Shown: positions 27,501 to 42,500 of the stretch, piece by piece
How positions within the stretch are numbered: position 1 is the stretch's first letter
How the letters are laid out: every line of letters begins with the position of its first letter
Origin: Amoebophrya sp. A120
Lineage: Eukaryota > Protista > Dinoflagellata
Assembly (NCBI GenBank): GCA_905178155.1
Contig: CAJINV010000004.1
Coordinates: 5,268,258-5,332,257 of the forward strand
Reading direction: 5' to 3'
Length of the DNA stretch: 64,000 nt
Program-made: the position numbers and the translations under genes
Notes under the pieces: model-generated
Seen by the model: only the letters and a program-made list of their open reading frames with translations
Databases searched by the model: none
What the model was told of the DNA's origin: nothing

Positions 27501-30500
27501 TCCCCGACTTGTCATGCGCGCTCCCTTGGGAGTAGGCCAGATTTTGCGGATTTTGCAACACAAATTCCAATTTCTATTGCGTAACGTTTGAGATTGTAAC
27601 ACCTGAGCAAATTATATTGCAGACCCGGGACTCAGCGGTCGAGATGTTCCCCGTGGCTAGCTCGTGCGCGTTGGGCAAATACGTCCACTCCCCGGTGTCC
27701 AGCGTTGTCGCGTTGTTGATGCACTGGTAGGCGGTGACGGTTTCCCCGTACCCCGGGAGGCATTTCACGTAGCAAATGGAGTCCAGGTACTTCTCCTCCG
27801 TGCAGTTGGTGTTCACCACGTTCTTCAGCTGCATGGCCGGCACGATATCAAATGCAAACATGTCTGCGTCTGGAAAGTTGTGATGCTACCATGTGGATGA
27901 TGGAAAAACTTCCAAATCATGCAGCCAAGCATGACAACATTCCAGCACGCTTTCTGATGCGCAAGAACCCGCATGAGAAAGTGCGTTTTCGTTTGACAAA
28001 AGAGGCTGCGACTCTTGATGTCGGCCCATGCAATACAGATTTCACAGGAATGTAAGACCAGCATTACAAGTTCGAACTTTCCAGACCCAAATGAGATAAT
28101 ATTTGCAACGCATATACCACGTCCGGGCACCAGTTCTGGATCTTCGCGCACTCCAGAAAATCTGCCGGCAGCATATAACCTGCTCAGGTGTTACAATCTC
28201 AACCGTTACAATAGAGTCTGGAGTTTGTGTTGCAAGAAGTGCATCATCTAGCCAACTCTCATAGGATTGCGCATGACAAGTTCTGGAGTCCCAACCCGCA
28301 CTACAATCTGGCGAAATTTGTATTGCAGAAAGTGGAATGCTGTCGGACTCTGTCATGCTCATCATGCAATACAAAACCCAGACTCTATTGTAACGTTTGA
28401 GATTGTAACGTTTCAGCGGGTCATACAGCTGGTTTTTGTACGCGTCTCCGTACAGCTTCCACTCGCCGCCCTATGCATTGCAAATATGTCTGGGTCTGGA
28501 AACTTGTGATGCAAGGAGGGGAATAGTGAAAGCACTGTAATGCGCTTCCCAGCATGACAAGTTTTGCCTTGGTTTTGAGTTGCGTACACCGCATGAGAAA
28601 CTGCGTTTATTTTCCATGATAGGCAAGAGGAGCTCTTCGCGGCCACGCAATACAGAATTGAGAGCGATGCCAGACTAGCATGACAAATCTCGCAATCTCC
28701 CAGACCCAGACATTTTTGCATTTGATACGCCCGCCCCGAGGTCGATCCGGGTCCCGCACCTGACCTTGTCTTCGCCACCGCTCGGCCGCCACCCGGGGAG
28801 ACACTCGAAAAAGACCTCGCTGTTGATGCCGTAGTTCTCGTCCGTCGTCTTGGTCATGTTCACGCCGTCGTACTTGCTGTAGTTGCTCAAAATCGTCTCG
28901 GGCGGCGGGCAAAAGTCGCTGGCCATGGAGCACAGCAGCGGCCGCGCGGGCTCCGCGATGCCGGTGGTTTGGTTTCGCTCATACCGCTTCCAAACCCCGG
29001 TCCGGCCCTCGGCCCCACAGAAAATGTCCAGATCGCCCAGCATATACGTGAAGCCGGGTTTGCACCGGATCTGCGCGATGGACCCGAAGTCGCGGCTGTG
29101 CGACACGTACACAATCTCGCCGTTGGTCATTGCGACCCCGGGACAGAAATCTTCCTGTTTGGTGCAGGACAGCGGCACGTAGGGGGTGCCGTGGATGGTC
29201 GACAGCCACAGCCGGCCCGGCCCGCAGATCAGGTCTTCGTCCCCGTAGCCGGGGGAAAACCCGACGTTGCACTCGAACTTCGCCCGGGACCCGATCTCGC
29301 GACGCCAGTCCAGGAACGTCTCCCGCGCGTTCTGCAGGCGGCGCGGCGGGTCGAGCAGATCCGGGTCGTCCACGATCTGCCCGGCCGCGATGCTGTCGTT
29401 GCTATCGCACAGAAAAACGCAGGCAGGTCATATTTGTATATGCAAAAACAAACACACAAAAAAATCTGTATTGCATATCCTTAACACCATGCTATGGGGC
29501 CACCCATGACAGATTATTTTTCTGTGTATTTATTTTGGCATTACAAATATGACCTGCCTGCTTTTTTCTCTAGGATAGTTGCGCTTGGTCTCCAAGTCCA
29601 CCAGTTCCAACCGCGGGTTGCTGCACCATATGACTTGCTCAAACGTTACAATCTCAAACGTTGCAATAGAGTCTGGAATTTGTGTCGCATGATGAGCATG
29701 ACAGACTCGCACAGCGTTCCACCTTTTGCAATACAAATTTCGCCACATTGTCGTGGGGTTTAGGGGTTCGGAACTTGTCGTGCGCAATCCTATGAGACTT
29801 GGCTGGATCATGCAATCTTGCATCACAGATTTCCATATTCTATTGCAACGCTTGAGATTGTAACACCTGAGCGGGTTATACACCACTTCTGGATCTTCCG
29901 GCACGCCAGCATCGCCTTGAACTTTTTCGACCCCGGGTCCTGCCACTGCCCGCCCAGACTGTCCTCGCGGTTCCCGCAGTAGAGGGAGAAATCTTTGTAT
30001 CGCACGAAAAAAGTGTTACAGTTACACATTTGTTGTCAATTCAGCAACACAAATTTCTCTGCATGAGAGAGAAAACTTGCAATGCAGAAATCCTACGGGA
30101 AAACACCTATGAAAGGAGGCTCCTATGCATATCCGACATGACAGAGCTTGTCTGTCTTGCTTGGCCTGCAACACAATGTGTAACAGTAACACTTTTTTCT
30201 CAGGATACTTTGCCCATGAAATCCTCCGTGGTGCCCGTGTCGTACACCCTCTCGTACCCGATTTGGCACTATCCTGTGCAAAAGTATCGCACTCGTCGTA
30301 ATTGCATTTATGCATTACAAATCTCCGTGCCAAGGTAGATCAGCATGACAAATTCCATTTCTCATGGTAAGCTAATTTGTAATGCATTTTATACTAGCAC
30401 GATGCTTTTGCATTGCATAGGCACCCAAGGACGGCGATGGACCCGAAGCTGCGGTAGGCGGTCAGCGATTCCACCAGCAGACCCTCGCCGACCAGCTCCG

Positions 30501-33500
30501 GGCACCAGTTGAGCGCGAACGGGTTGTACCGCGAGACCATCCCGATGGACAACAGCCGGTCCACCCGCTCCGACGGGCCCTTCGGGAAGGAAAACACCAC
30601 GCTCCCGTTCCCGTAGCGGACGGGGGGAATGGTCGGCACCCGGCTGGGGATGATGTGGAAGCCCTCGCCGGCGCCGGCAACCTCTTCATGCAGCTGGCGC
30701 AACGAGGAACTCGAGCCGTCGCCCAGGGAGTCCGCTCGCGAGTCGTAGGGCTGGAACACGCCCGGCCGGCCCAGGGCGCCCGTCTGAAACGAGGGCCGGA
30801 CCCGCTCGTCGAACCCCACCGCCTGTCCCTCCAGGGAGACCAGCCAGGACTCCGTGTCCTGCGGCACCGTATTCCCGTAGGCGTCCTTGGTGAAGAGCGA
30901 AATCTGAAACGGGTCTTCCGTGTACAGTGTCTCCGGAAGGTGGATGCACTCCGCCGCGTTCTCCGTCATGAAGTTCGGCGAGACCAGGCCGGGCGTGACG
31001 AGGAAATCCACCGGGTCAAAGTACACCGAGACGTTCTTCTATTCTGGGCGAAAACGTCCCCACCCCAGAGTTGTCATGCTAAATAGCATGCCTAAAATGT
31101 TTCTCATGCGGGGCCCCAACATGAGTACCATTTTCTCATGCTATCTGGAAGTTTGTGATGCTAGAATCAGGATAAGGCAGTGGATTTGTGATGCGTCTAC
31201 ACGACTACCTTAAACAGCGCTACAGTACGAATGCAGATTTGTCATGCGAAACAGCCAAAATTTGTGGAATTGTGTTGCGAGATCCCCATCTTGACTCTGG
31301 GGTGCGGACGTTTTTACATACCATATCTTCGCATAGACCGCAACCGCCTGAAACTTCCAGTTCCCCGCCACCTTGGGGATGAACCGGAAGTTTCGCGCGA
31401 CGAGGATGGAATTCTGGTCCACCACCACGTCGCCGACCAGAATCGGCTCCGTGCGCGAGCTGGGGTAGCCCTGCACGGTGGCGAAACCCTGCAGCTCGAT
31501 ATCCGTTAGATCGTTCCGCCCCACGTCCCGGGGCCGCACGTTGCACACAATGTCCACGCCCGCGGGCTGCGGCGGCGAGGGGGAGCACTCGGTGACGGAC
31601 TGCGTGGGGTCCGCCAGGTTGTTGAAGGTCTGCACTATCAAATGCGAACATGTCTGGGCCTGGAAGAATGCCCTTTTTTGTCATGCATCTTTTGGATTAT
31701 GCAAATGGGCTGTAATGCACGCAAAAGCATTACAGATCTTGAGCAGGCCTTCCGATACCTATCCTACATGAGAAATTCCCTATTTGCGTAGCAAGACAAA
31801 TTTTAGCCTGCTCCATCATACGCATCACAAGTTCCAACCTTCCAGACCCAGACATATTTGCAAGGCATATGCACCCGGGTCAGCAAATTTCCCGTCTCGA
31901 TCAACTGCAGTACCCCGGGCTTTGCCTTGTCATACGCCGTGTTGTTCACGCGCTCCCGGAGCATGAAAGAAATCTGGTACTCGCCCGACTGCTCCAAGGT
32001 GAGTTCCACCCGAAACCCGAGATCGATCTTCTCGATGTACACCTGGCTGGGGGCGATGAAGGGGTTGGACGTCTTATTACAATGAAAAATGCCCCCATCC
32101 CCGAAGAACTTGGGAGCGTTTGTATTGCAAACCTTTCCAAACAAAACAAGCGCTCTCTTGCATCTATCAGCATCACAGGTGTCGCCCAATCGTGAATAGC
32201 AAAAGTTTGTATTGCAAAAGACCCCAGCAAGAGCGGCGCTTGTCATGCAAGCGATGCGATACACGCCTAGACTCTGCATCAGAAAGGTTCATACTCCTTT
32301 CATGCATAACAAAAAGTTTTCATCTGGAAACTTCGCATCACAAATTCTTGCAATTTCAGGGGTCGTGGGGGCATTTTTCACTGTAATACGTCTCCACATC
32401 GATCCAGTCAAAGGGGTCCTGGTTCCGGATCGTGTTCCCGAACCGGTCCACGGGCACAATGAACAGGGAGTACGGCACCCCAACCGTGGCCCGGAAATCC
32501 GTGTTCGCGTGCCGCCAGGGGTTGAACCCCAGCCCCTTGGCCGCGCGCTCGCCCATCACGTTGTGCACGCCGATGCCGCCGTGGAGGATCTCCTCGTAGT
32601 ACAGCGAGGTGGACGGGATCAACTGGTAGCTCACCGACTGCCCGCTCCAGTACAGCTGGAGGAACGGGATAATGTTGCGCCGCTTGGAGCTGTGGAAGTA
32701 CTCGAGCCGGATCGGGGTGTACCCGGACTTGAGGTCCAGATTCTGCACCGTCTGCTTCCCCGTCCCCTCCGGGTCCTGGATGTACTGCACGCCATCCAGC
32801 CAGAAGTTGATACCCCCGTCTGTGTTGATGTCGATCAGGAACCGCTGCTGGTCTTTCACGTACAGGTACCCGGTCAGCCGCATCGCGAAGTGGTCCTTCG
32901 GGATGTTGTATCAAATGCAAATATGTCTGGGTCTGCAAACTTGTAATGCTGCGGTGGGAGTGGTAAATGCTCTGTAATGCACAGCCAAGCATGAGAAATA
33001 TCTGTGCCTCTTTGTGTTGCGTTTTTCGCATGACAAACTGCGTTTTTGCATGACAGGAAAAGGCGTGTCTTCTTGGACACGCATGCATCACAAACTTTTT
33101 GGTCATGCTAGACAAGCATGACAAATCTCGCAATCTTCCAGACCCAGACATATTTGCAGTTCATATGTTGGGAATCGGGTCCGCTAGGTACACGTAATCG
33201 ATGGGCGCGCGCGTGACCCGGGCGAACCCCTCGCTGTGGGTGAGTTATCCTATGCAAAAACGTCCCCACCCCATAGTCAGGATGGGGAATCGGCTAGACA
33301 AATCCACAACTTTTAGCAGTTTTGCATGGCAAATTTCTTGGACTGGTAGTGTAGTGCTGTTTGACCTAGCTCAGCAGCATCACAGATCTAGTGCATCATG
33401 CTATTTATAGCATCACAAATCCCAAAACACCACTAGAAAATGCGTCTCATGTGGCTTCGCATGAGAATCTTTTTTGGCATGCAGATTTGCATGACAACTC

Positions 33501-36500
33501 TGGTCTGGGGACGTTTTTGCTCAGGATATGAGTTCCGGGTGCATCTTGAAGTACATGGTGTGCAGCCCGCCGACGCGCAGCGCCGCGATATGCGTTGCAA
33601 ATGTGTCTGAATGTCTGGAACGATGCAAGGTATTTTCTCATGCTTGTCTGGCATGACGGAAAAGTTTGTGATGCGTGTCCGAGAAGCGATGACCCTTTTG
33701 CTTGTCATGCAAAAACGCAGTTTGTCATGCGAAACACGCAACGCGACTCTTTTTTTCTCATGCTTGGCTGTGCATTACAGACTGCATCTGCACGTACCTA
33801 TTTGCAACCCAGCAATACAAGTTTATCCAAGACACAGACATATTTGCTTTTGCACTTGATACGTGATCACGCGGTTGTAGTCGCCCTCCGTGGTGGTTTC
33901 CACTTCGTACGTAAACTGCTCGCGGAAGGGCGGCGGGTTCAGCGGAAGCGTGGGCAGACTGGACCGGACCTGGCGGTTGTTCGGGCACACGGGGAGACAG
34001 GTGACCACGTTCTCGGCCCACACGCACATCCCCGACAGGGAGTTGCAGGTGGCCTCGTCCTTACCCAGCGTGTAGCAGATCACCTCGGTGGGGCACTCGA
34101 ACATGTGCTGGAAGGTGGACTCCTTGCGGTAGATGTAGAACATGAAGCTGTTGTTCCCGAAGTAGACCGGGTCCCCGTAGTAGTCCCGGGCGGTGAGCTG
34201 GTAAAAGCTCTTGGTGCCCGCGATGGGCCGCTTCCCCAGCTCCACGTTGAGCGGGGAAATGGTGGTCCGCTCCGAAAACCCGATCCGGTCCACCAAAAAG
34301 TCCCGGTTAATGGGCACCGCCGACTGCCGTACGTAGAACACGTGGGGTGCGGCGATGATGCGCTCGTTGTTGATTTTGACCTCCAGGTAGTAGAAGCCCA
34401 GCCGTTGTGGCGTGAAGAACAGCGAATACCGCCCGTCCTGCTGTCGCACGCGGGTGACCGAAACCAAATTGTTGGCTGCCACGGCGTTGATGTCAAACTG
34501 CTCGATCAGGCTCGCCGGGTACACCAGGGGGGTTTCCTGGTCCACGTTGTTCTGCATGTCTTCGCCGCTCACGTGCTGGCCCTCGGTGCCCGGGATCCGC
34601 GCGAGCTTGATGCTGATGGAGTCCGCCTCGTCTATGGGATTCTCAAATGTTACGCTCTCAACTGTTACATGAATTTGTGACGCAAGAATGGCAACAGGGA
34701 AAGGCCGGATCTTGCAACTCTTGCATTACAAATTCGGCACAGTCACAGATCTCCATGCTGTTTAGCCCTTCCAAAATTTGCAATGCGAGGCAGCTTCACT
34801 GTGTGGACGTTGATGCTCGTTTTGCATGACAAATCACGTAACAGTTGAGAATGTAACATTTGAGAAGGCCATATCGTCCTGCAGAAACTTCGCGTCGCCC
34901 AGCGCCTTCGGCAGGTTGCCGCACTGGTCGCGAAGAAACAGGTTGACAAAGCTGGGGATCCCGGACCGCGCGTCGTACAGACCCAGCGGGCAGACCCGGG
35001 TGCATATGCGTTGCAAATATGTCTGGATCTGGAGGAGTGCAAGGTTTGTCATGCTTGTCTGGCATGACTGAGAACTTTGTGATGCGTGTCCAAGAAGAGA
35101 CCCGTTTGCTTGTCATGCAAAGTCACAGTTTGTCATGCGGAAAATGCAACACCTAGCCGCGCAATCCGAATACTTATGCATTTCTCATGCTTGGCTGTGC
35201 AACATTACAGGTCACTCACTATTCACAAACCAGCATTACAAGTTTATTTTTCCAGAGCCAGACATACTAAGTATTTGCATTTGGTAGTGCACCCGCCGCA
35301 GCAGTTGTTGAAGTTCAGAAAGTCCTTGTTCGAGGACTGGCACAGGCAGCCCTATGCTGAGTAAAAACGTCCCCACCCCAGAATTGTCCCGCAGCTCTGC
35401 ATGCCAAAAAAGTTTCTCACGTAGAGCCCCATGAGAAGCATTTTCTAGTCGTGTTTTGGAGTTTGTGATGCTAGAATCGGCATGATGTGCTAGATCTGTC
35501 ATGCTGCTGAACTAGCGAAACAGGATCACGCTATGAGGTCAAACTTGTCATGCGAAACAGCGCGAGCTGGTTTGATTTGTCTAGCAGATTTCCCATCTTG
35601 ACTCTGGTGTGGGGACGTTTTTACTCAGGATAAGCACTCGAGGGGGATCACCGAGTCCGTCACGTTCTCCCAGAGCGGAATCAACGGGTCACAGGACGTA
35701 TCAAATGCAAAAGTGTCTGGGTCTGGAAGGTTGGATCTTGTGATGCTAACTTTGAACTCTAAAAAAATCTGTATTGCATGACCAGCAGGAGGAGTCTAGT
35801 TTGTGCTACGCGGGGAGGGCGTTTGTCATGCGGAGTAGGCAACATCGGGAAGCCCTCTAAAAATCTGTGATGCTAGGTCGTGCATTACAGACATCCTGGG
35901 TCATGCAAAACATGCATCACAAGTCTCAGAATCTTCCGGATCCGGATCCGGACCCAGACATATTTGCAATGCATAGGACGTGTCGTGGCTGTCGCCCTCG
36001 TCCGAGAAGATGTAGCTCTGCCCGGCAAACTATCGAATGCAAATATGTCTGGGTCTGGAAGAATGGAACTTGTAATGCTGGTCTTGCATTCCTGTGAAAT
36101 CTGTATTGCATAACCAACAAAAGTCGTAGCCTCTCTTGTCATACAAAACGCAGTTTCTCATGCGGAGTGCGTATGAGAAAGCATTCTGCAAACTTGTCAT
36201 GCTTTCCTGCCTAAGGAAGTGCTTTCATCTTGCACAATTTAGCATCACAAGTGTCCAGACCCAGACAAATTTGCATGTGATACCACCGCAGGCCCGGACA
36301 GCACCTCCACCGTGGCCTCGTAGGCCAGGGACCAGTGGTCACTGGCGTTCATATCAAACAAAAAAAGTTCGCCACGATCACTCATGCGCATTTTTGCAAT
36401 ACAAAGCTTTCTGTAATGCGTAAAAATGCATCACAGCCAATTTCCCTAAGGGATTTCCCTAGTGTTTCTGCAATACAAGGAAAAGTTGTGACGCTAAAAA

Positions 36501-39500
36501 AAATTTGTAATGCAAAACCTTCAAGTTAGTGACTGTGAAGAACTTTTTTCTCTCCATAGTTCACGTTCTGGATGTAGTCGTTGATCAGAATGTTGGCCGG
36601 CAGATTGTTGTCCAGACCGAAGAACTCCTGCACGATGGTCCGGGAGAGAAACCCGGTGAAGTTCCCCGTGTGCTCCGCCTGGAGCTGCGTGTCCTCTAAC
36701 AGCCAGGACTGCACCTCCCACAGCCGGGCCTTGCAAATCGTGTACTTCACGTGGTAGCTGCCGTCCAGGTTGTCGAACACCTCCCACTTCACGTCCGGCG
36801 GGAACGGGTCCCCCTTCGGCCACAGCGTGTTGGAGCGGTAGTCGAAGGTGGTGGTCTGCGCGGCGAGCTCCATGGCGCGGCTCTATCCTGAGGAAAAGCG
36901 TCCCCAGCACACCAGATCTGCTAGACAAATCACCAGGCTTTGGCTGTTGCGCATGACAAATTTGGGCTCGCAATATAGTGGCTTTTAGCTAGTGAAGCAG
37001 AAGCAGCATCACAGATCTAGCACACCATGCGGATTTGAGCATCACAAATCTCAAAACACCAACAGCAACTGCTTCGCATCAGTCTCCGCATGAGAAACAT
37101 TTTCAGCATGCAGATTTGCATTACAACTCTGGGGTGTGAACGTTTTTGCTCACAATAGGTTCGCCCACGTGTTCAGCGCGAACCGCACCTCAAAGTTGTT
37201 GCCGCCCATAAAGCATCAGATGCAAAAATATCGCGCTCGTCGTGTAAATTATGCCTGACTAGCATGACAAATCTGGTTTCTTAGGTACTATGTAGCATGA
37301 CAGATTTAATTTTTCAATTTCACGCTGAGCTAATTTCGTGTATATGCAATCTATACAAGGTACGATGCTTTTGCAATGCATATAAAGTACTCGCTGTTGT
37401 AGCTGTCTTTGGCCGTGATTCTGTACTCCGCGTTTTCCCCGGCGATGACCACGCCGGGGAGGTGCCGGAAGAAGGTGTGCTGCACCCCGGTGCCCGACCC
37501 GGTGGTGAAGCCTGCGTCGATCGGGTCCACCACGATCACCGGCTTGAACGTGGTCGGCGGGTTTCCGATCTTCGTGAAGCGGCCCTGCGCGTCGGAAAGT
37601 TCGATGATCATGTCGTAAATCCCCGACGCCTATCAACTGCAAAAATGTCTGGGTCTGGAAGAGTCGGGGCTTGTCATACGCATTTTGCATGACCCGTGAG
37701 GTCTGTGATGCTGGTGCTAGCAACACAGATTTTTTGAGAGCCTCTTGATGCTAATTACGCATGAGAAACGCCCTCTCCGCGTGTCAAGAGCTGAGTCCTC
37801 TTGCTGCTCATGCAACACAAATATTTTTAGAATCCGCAGACAGCATTACAAGTTCCACTCTTCCAGACCCCGACATATTTGCAATCCCTAAGGCCACGAT
37901 GAGGAACGACACACCGTACCGGCCGCGCCCGATGTTGGTCCCGGTATGCATTGCAAAACTGTCTGGGTCTGGAAACTTGTCATGCTCAACCGTAGATGAT
38001 TGAAATACTTCCTGATGTTGCCAAGCATGACAAGTTTGCGGGACACTTTCTCATGCGCAGCCCGCATGAAAAACTGCACTTTTCTCTATTACAAAAGAGG
38101 TCAACGTCTTTTTGTTGGTCACGCAATACAGATTCTACAGGAATGTAGGACTAGCATATACAAGTCCAATCTTTCCAGACCTCGACATCATATTTGCAAT
38201 GCATACACGGTCCCCTGAAACCAGCCGTCGGTGGGCCGCATGGCGTGCTGCGGGCCCTTAAACCGCACGCGGTAGACGTCGCTCCCGTCGATGCGGGCCG
38301 CGTTGTTCTCGTCCTTGGACTGCAGCACAAAGTACATCTCGTCGTTCAGCTTCACCGGCTCCGAGTAGTCCCAGTGCTTCACCGTCTGCGTCTTCCCCGG
38401 CGGGACACTTTGCCCCGGCACGAACTCGGTGAACCGCGGGTCCGAGGCCACGGTGCGGACGTAGAGGGTGACGGGCATCGTGGTGGGCGCGCCCGTGGGC
38501 GACTTCGGGTAGAGCCCACCCCCGCCCGAGCCCCCAAGCAGCACGTGCAGCTTGCGCTCGTAGGTCCCCGCGTTCGGCCCCGTGAGGACCCGGCCCTCGT
38601 CGAAACTCAGGTTGGGGACGAAATCTCCCAAAAACCACCCCAACTCCGGAACGAACCGCACGCAGTTGCACGTGGCCCCCGCCCCCGGGTTAGTCCCCGA
38701 GGGCTCGTCCGTGTTGGTGATCGGGGTCTTGATCTGGATCTCCAGCGACGTGGCAAACGTCGGGTCGAAGATGGGGAAGTTGTCGGAGTCCCGCAAGTTG
38801 ATCCGGATGTTGCTCAGCGCCTTGTCCGCGACCACCATGGAGGTGGTGGTCTTGAGGTTCATAGGACCCAGGGTGACCACGTGCGAGTTCCCGACGCTTA
38901 CGTCGCCGGGGACCGAGACCAGGCCCTGCATATCAAATGCAAATATGTCTGGGTCTGGGAGATTGCGAAATTTGTCATGCTAGTCTGGCACGACTGTGAA
39001 CTCTGTATTGCGTGGTCGCAAAGAGCCCCCCTTGCCTGTCATTCAAAAACGCAACTTCTCATGCGCAGTACGCAACTCAGAACCACGGAAAAGCTTGTCA
39101 TGCGTTGCAGCGCATTACAGTATGCTCACTATTCCCTTCCTCGCATCACAAGTTTCAAGACCCAGACATATTTGCATTTGATACTGCATGGGCGAGTCGC
39201 GGATGTCGACGATGGACTTGAAACAGTCGTAGGGGATGTCGTACCACCGGCCCCGGTATCAAGTGCAAATATGTCTGGGCCTGGAAGATTGTGAGACTTG
39301 TCATGCACGTTTTGCATGAGCCGTGATGTCTGTGATGCATGCCCTAGCATCACAGATCTTTTGAGGGCTTCTTGAAGCCTAGTCCGCATGACAAATGCCC
39401 TCTCCGCGTAGCAAAAATTCAATAGGCGTGGGCCTGTAGGCGTTAATTCGGGGTGGGTAGGTTGGTCGGTTGGTTGGTTATGCAAATTTCCCGTGGAACC

Positions 39501-42500
39501 AAACCCGCTGCGCTGTATCTTGTGTTTTTCTGAGATTCATCTAACTACTATCACCGTTGAAGCTGCCTACCTACCCACCTACCGACTCTCTATACGATCG
39601 TACTACCGTGATCGCGCCGACCCAACTACCTACCTACCCCTTTCCACCCAGAGGAGATCGGTGACCACGCCTACCGACCCACCCACCCACCTGCCGGGTG
39701 GGTGGGTGGGCCGAGCTTGCGTTGCCTATTGGCCACGCCTACCGACCTACCCACCCACCTGCCTGGTGCGGGGGGCAAGGGTGCGCGGCCTATGCATTCA
39801 TTGGCCACACCTACCGGCCTACCCAACCACTTGCCTGGTGGGCGGGTGGGGTGAGCGTGCGTTGTCTATTGGCCACGCCCAACGACCTACCCACCCCTCT
39901 GCCTGGTGGGGAGGGTGGGGCGCGCGTGCGTTGCCTATTGGCCACGCCTACCGACCTACCCACCCACCTGCCGGGTGGGGGGGGGCAGGCGTGTGCTGCC
40001 TATTGGCCACGCCTACCGACCTACCCACCCACCTGCCTGGTGGGGGGGTGGGGCGAGCGTGCGAGCGTTGCTCAGTGGCCAGGCCTACCGACCTACCCAC
40101 CCGCCCACCTGCCTGGTGGGGGGGTGGGGCGAGCGTGCCTTGCCTATTGGCCACGCCTACCGACCTACCCACACACCTGTCTGGTGGGGGGGGGCAAGCC
40201 TGCGCGGCCTATTGACCACGCCTACCGACCTACCCACCCACCTGCCTGGTGGGGGGGTGGGGCGAGCGTTCAGTCGGAGGGCCCGGGGCGGTGGAGGCTT
40301 CTAATTTTTTTCTATTTTCTTTCTGATTTTTCAAAAAACAGAAGCCGGGCGCAAGCGCTTCTGCGATAGAAAGAGCGGAGACGGGCGGGTCGGCAGAAGA
40401 ACAAAGGCAGGGCACAACGCCAGCAGGTCCCCGGGGCAAGAGGAAACGAAGAGGAAAAGCAGAGGTCGGTCGCCAAAGCCCAAAAACACAAGGGCGGCAA
40501 AGTTGAACAACGGCATCGGAGCAAGCCTCTTTGAGACGACCACGCCTCTCAGCATGCTCTGATGCTCATGCGCCCCGACCAAGACCACCCAAAAACACGA
40601 AGCAGATCCCTACAAGAGTTCCCCGAAGCCAAACCTTGCCAAAAAGCCAGGCGCTACGATCGAGACACAAAAACTGAAGGATCTTTAGTTTTTGTTTCTA
40701 AGTTTCCTTCTATTTTTGTGTCTAAATCTGCTCCTTCTATTTTTGTTTCTAAATTCCTTGTTATTTTTCTTTCTAAATTCGCCCCCTTCTATTTTCGTTT
40801 CTAAATCGACCTTCTAAATCGCTTGCTATTTTTCTTCTGGTTCGACCCAAGTGTTCGGCTGATGACCAGCTTCTTCACCTTCTTCTAAATCTGTTGCACA
40901 GTGATTTCCCTAAGGAAATCCGTGCAAACAGGATTTAGAAGAGGATTTAGAAGATGTTCATCAGCCGAAAAATGGTCGAGTCCAGCAGTTTTGGAAACAC
41001 TGAAAATAACCTGTCCGCTTCCAAAACTGAAAATAACAAGCGACTTGTGCGCGAAGGTCGATCAGGTTTCGAAATACACACAAAACTCGACGTAGAACGA
41101 AGTGCGGAAGGTCGAGGCAGAACATGCTTCACATTTGAGCCCGCAGAAGACGGAACAAAAGACGCGAAAACTGTTGCTCATGGCGACTGCCACCACAACA
41201 ATTTTCGCGGCTTGCCCACTGTCGAACACCCTTGCACCCCAAAACATGCGGAACAACCAGGCGGCCGACACCCTGAACCACCTAACTGCGCCGGGCGACA
41301 GAAATGCCCAGCGGTACCCAGCCACACAGACCAACAAAAAAGGGCGCGGGCCCATCAATGCAACGGACGGCCGAAATTGGCGCCATGGAACCCAGCGCAC
41401 AGGACAAAGGCCAGCAACTCCGGCGCGGGGAGAGGCAGGGCGCCCACCAAACGAGGGGCCCCGGCCGCTGCTTCGCCGCGCTGGGTTTTCGGAAATCAGA
41501 AAAAAAATAGCCATTTTCCAACCACCCCCGTGGCCCCGCAACCCTCTAACTGAGAGCGTGCGTTGTCTATTGGCCACGCCTACCGACCTACCCACCCACC
41601 TGCCTGGTGGGGGGGTGGGGCGAGCGTGCGTTGTCTATTGGCCACGCCTACCGACCTACCCACCCCCCTGCCTGCCTGGTGGGAGGGGTGGGGCGCGCGT
41701 GCGTTGCCTATTGGCCACGCCCACCGACCTACCCAACCACCTGCCGGGTTGGGGGGGGGCAGGCGTGTGCTGCCTATTGGCCACGCCTACCGACCTACCC
41801 ACCCACCTGCCTGGTGGGGGGGTGGGGCGAGCGTGCGTTGCCTAGTGGCCAGGCCTACCGACCTACCCACCCACCTGCCTGGTGGGGGGGTGGGGCGAGT
41901 GTGCCTTGCCTATTGGCCACGCCTACCGACCTCCCGGCCCACCTACCTTGGCACGGGTGAGCATGCGCTGCCTGCTGGCCACGCCTACCGACCTACCGAC
42001 CCACCTGCCTTGGCACGGGTGAGCAAGCATGCGCTGCCTGCTGACCACACATGCCGACCCACCCACCCACCTTCCCTGGCAGGGGTGAGGGCGCGCCCTA
42101 AAGGTTCAACGCTTCGACCAGACACAGACATACTTGCACCCAATGCGATCCCAGGCACTTAAGTTTGTTCTTGGTTCTCAAATTGATTCTGATCCTCAGT
42201 GACTTTGTTGTGAGTGGCACAATCACAACGAGAAAAGAAAAACAAATCCTCTGCCTCAGGGTCAGGCCTTCATTGGTGCGCTGGCTTGGTTCGTTTCATT
42301 CTCACAAGATGAAGCCGAGCTCCTTCGGCGGGAGGAAGAAAAATGTCGCAGCTCGTTCTCTCTGGCCCTGGCCTGCGCACGCAGTGCGCTTTGTGGCGAG
42401 GGTGGAGAAGCGCCGCGCATAGACGTATCGCCTACCTCAGTGTATGTAGTTCACTCTATCGCAACTAAAACCCCGATCACTTGCGAGGGGAAATCTAAAA

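Noticed and set aside
38194-39294. Long plus-strand ORFs (also 21847..22722, 33595..34680, 51309..52394)
   Set aside because: Antisense shadows of GC-rich minus-strand exons that run through introner sequence.
41508-41517. TAGCCATTTT resembling part of the dinoflagellate spliced leader
   Set aside because: Only a 10-nt match and the flanks do not continue.
39663-42090. CRISPR-like appearance of the repeat arrays and of the regularly spaced introner TIRs
   Set aside because: The arrays have no unique spacers, the TIRs are inverted pairs, no cas genes are present and the context is eukaryotic.
39493-42162. ORFs of 130-250 aa inside the 4-kb element as a possible transposase
   Set aside because: They are open in several frames because of the GC-rich tandem repeat, and no DDE or other catalytic motif is recognisable.
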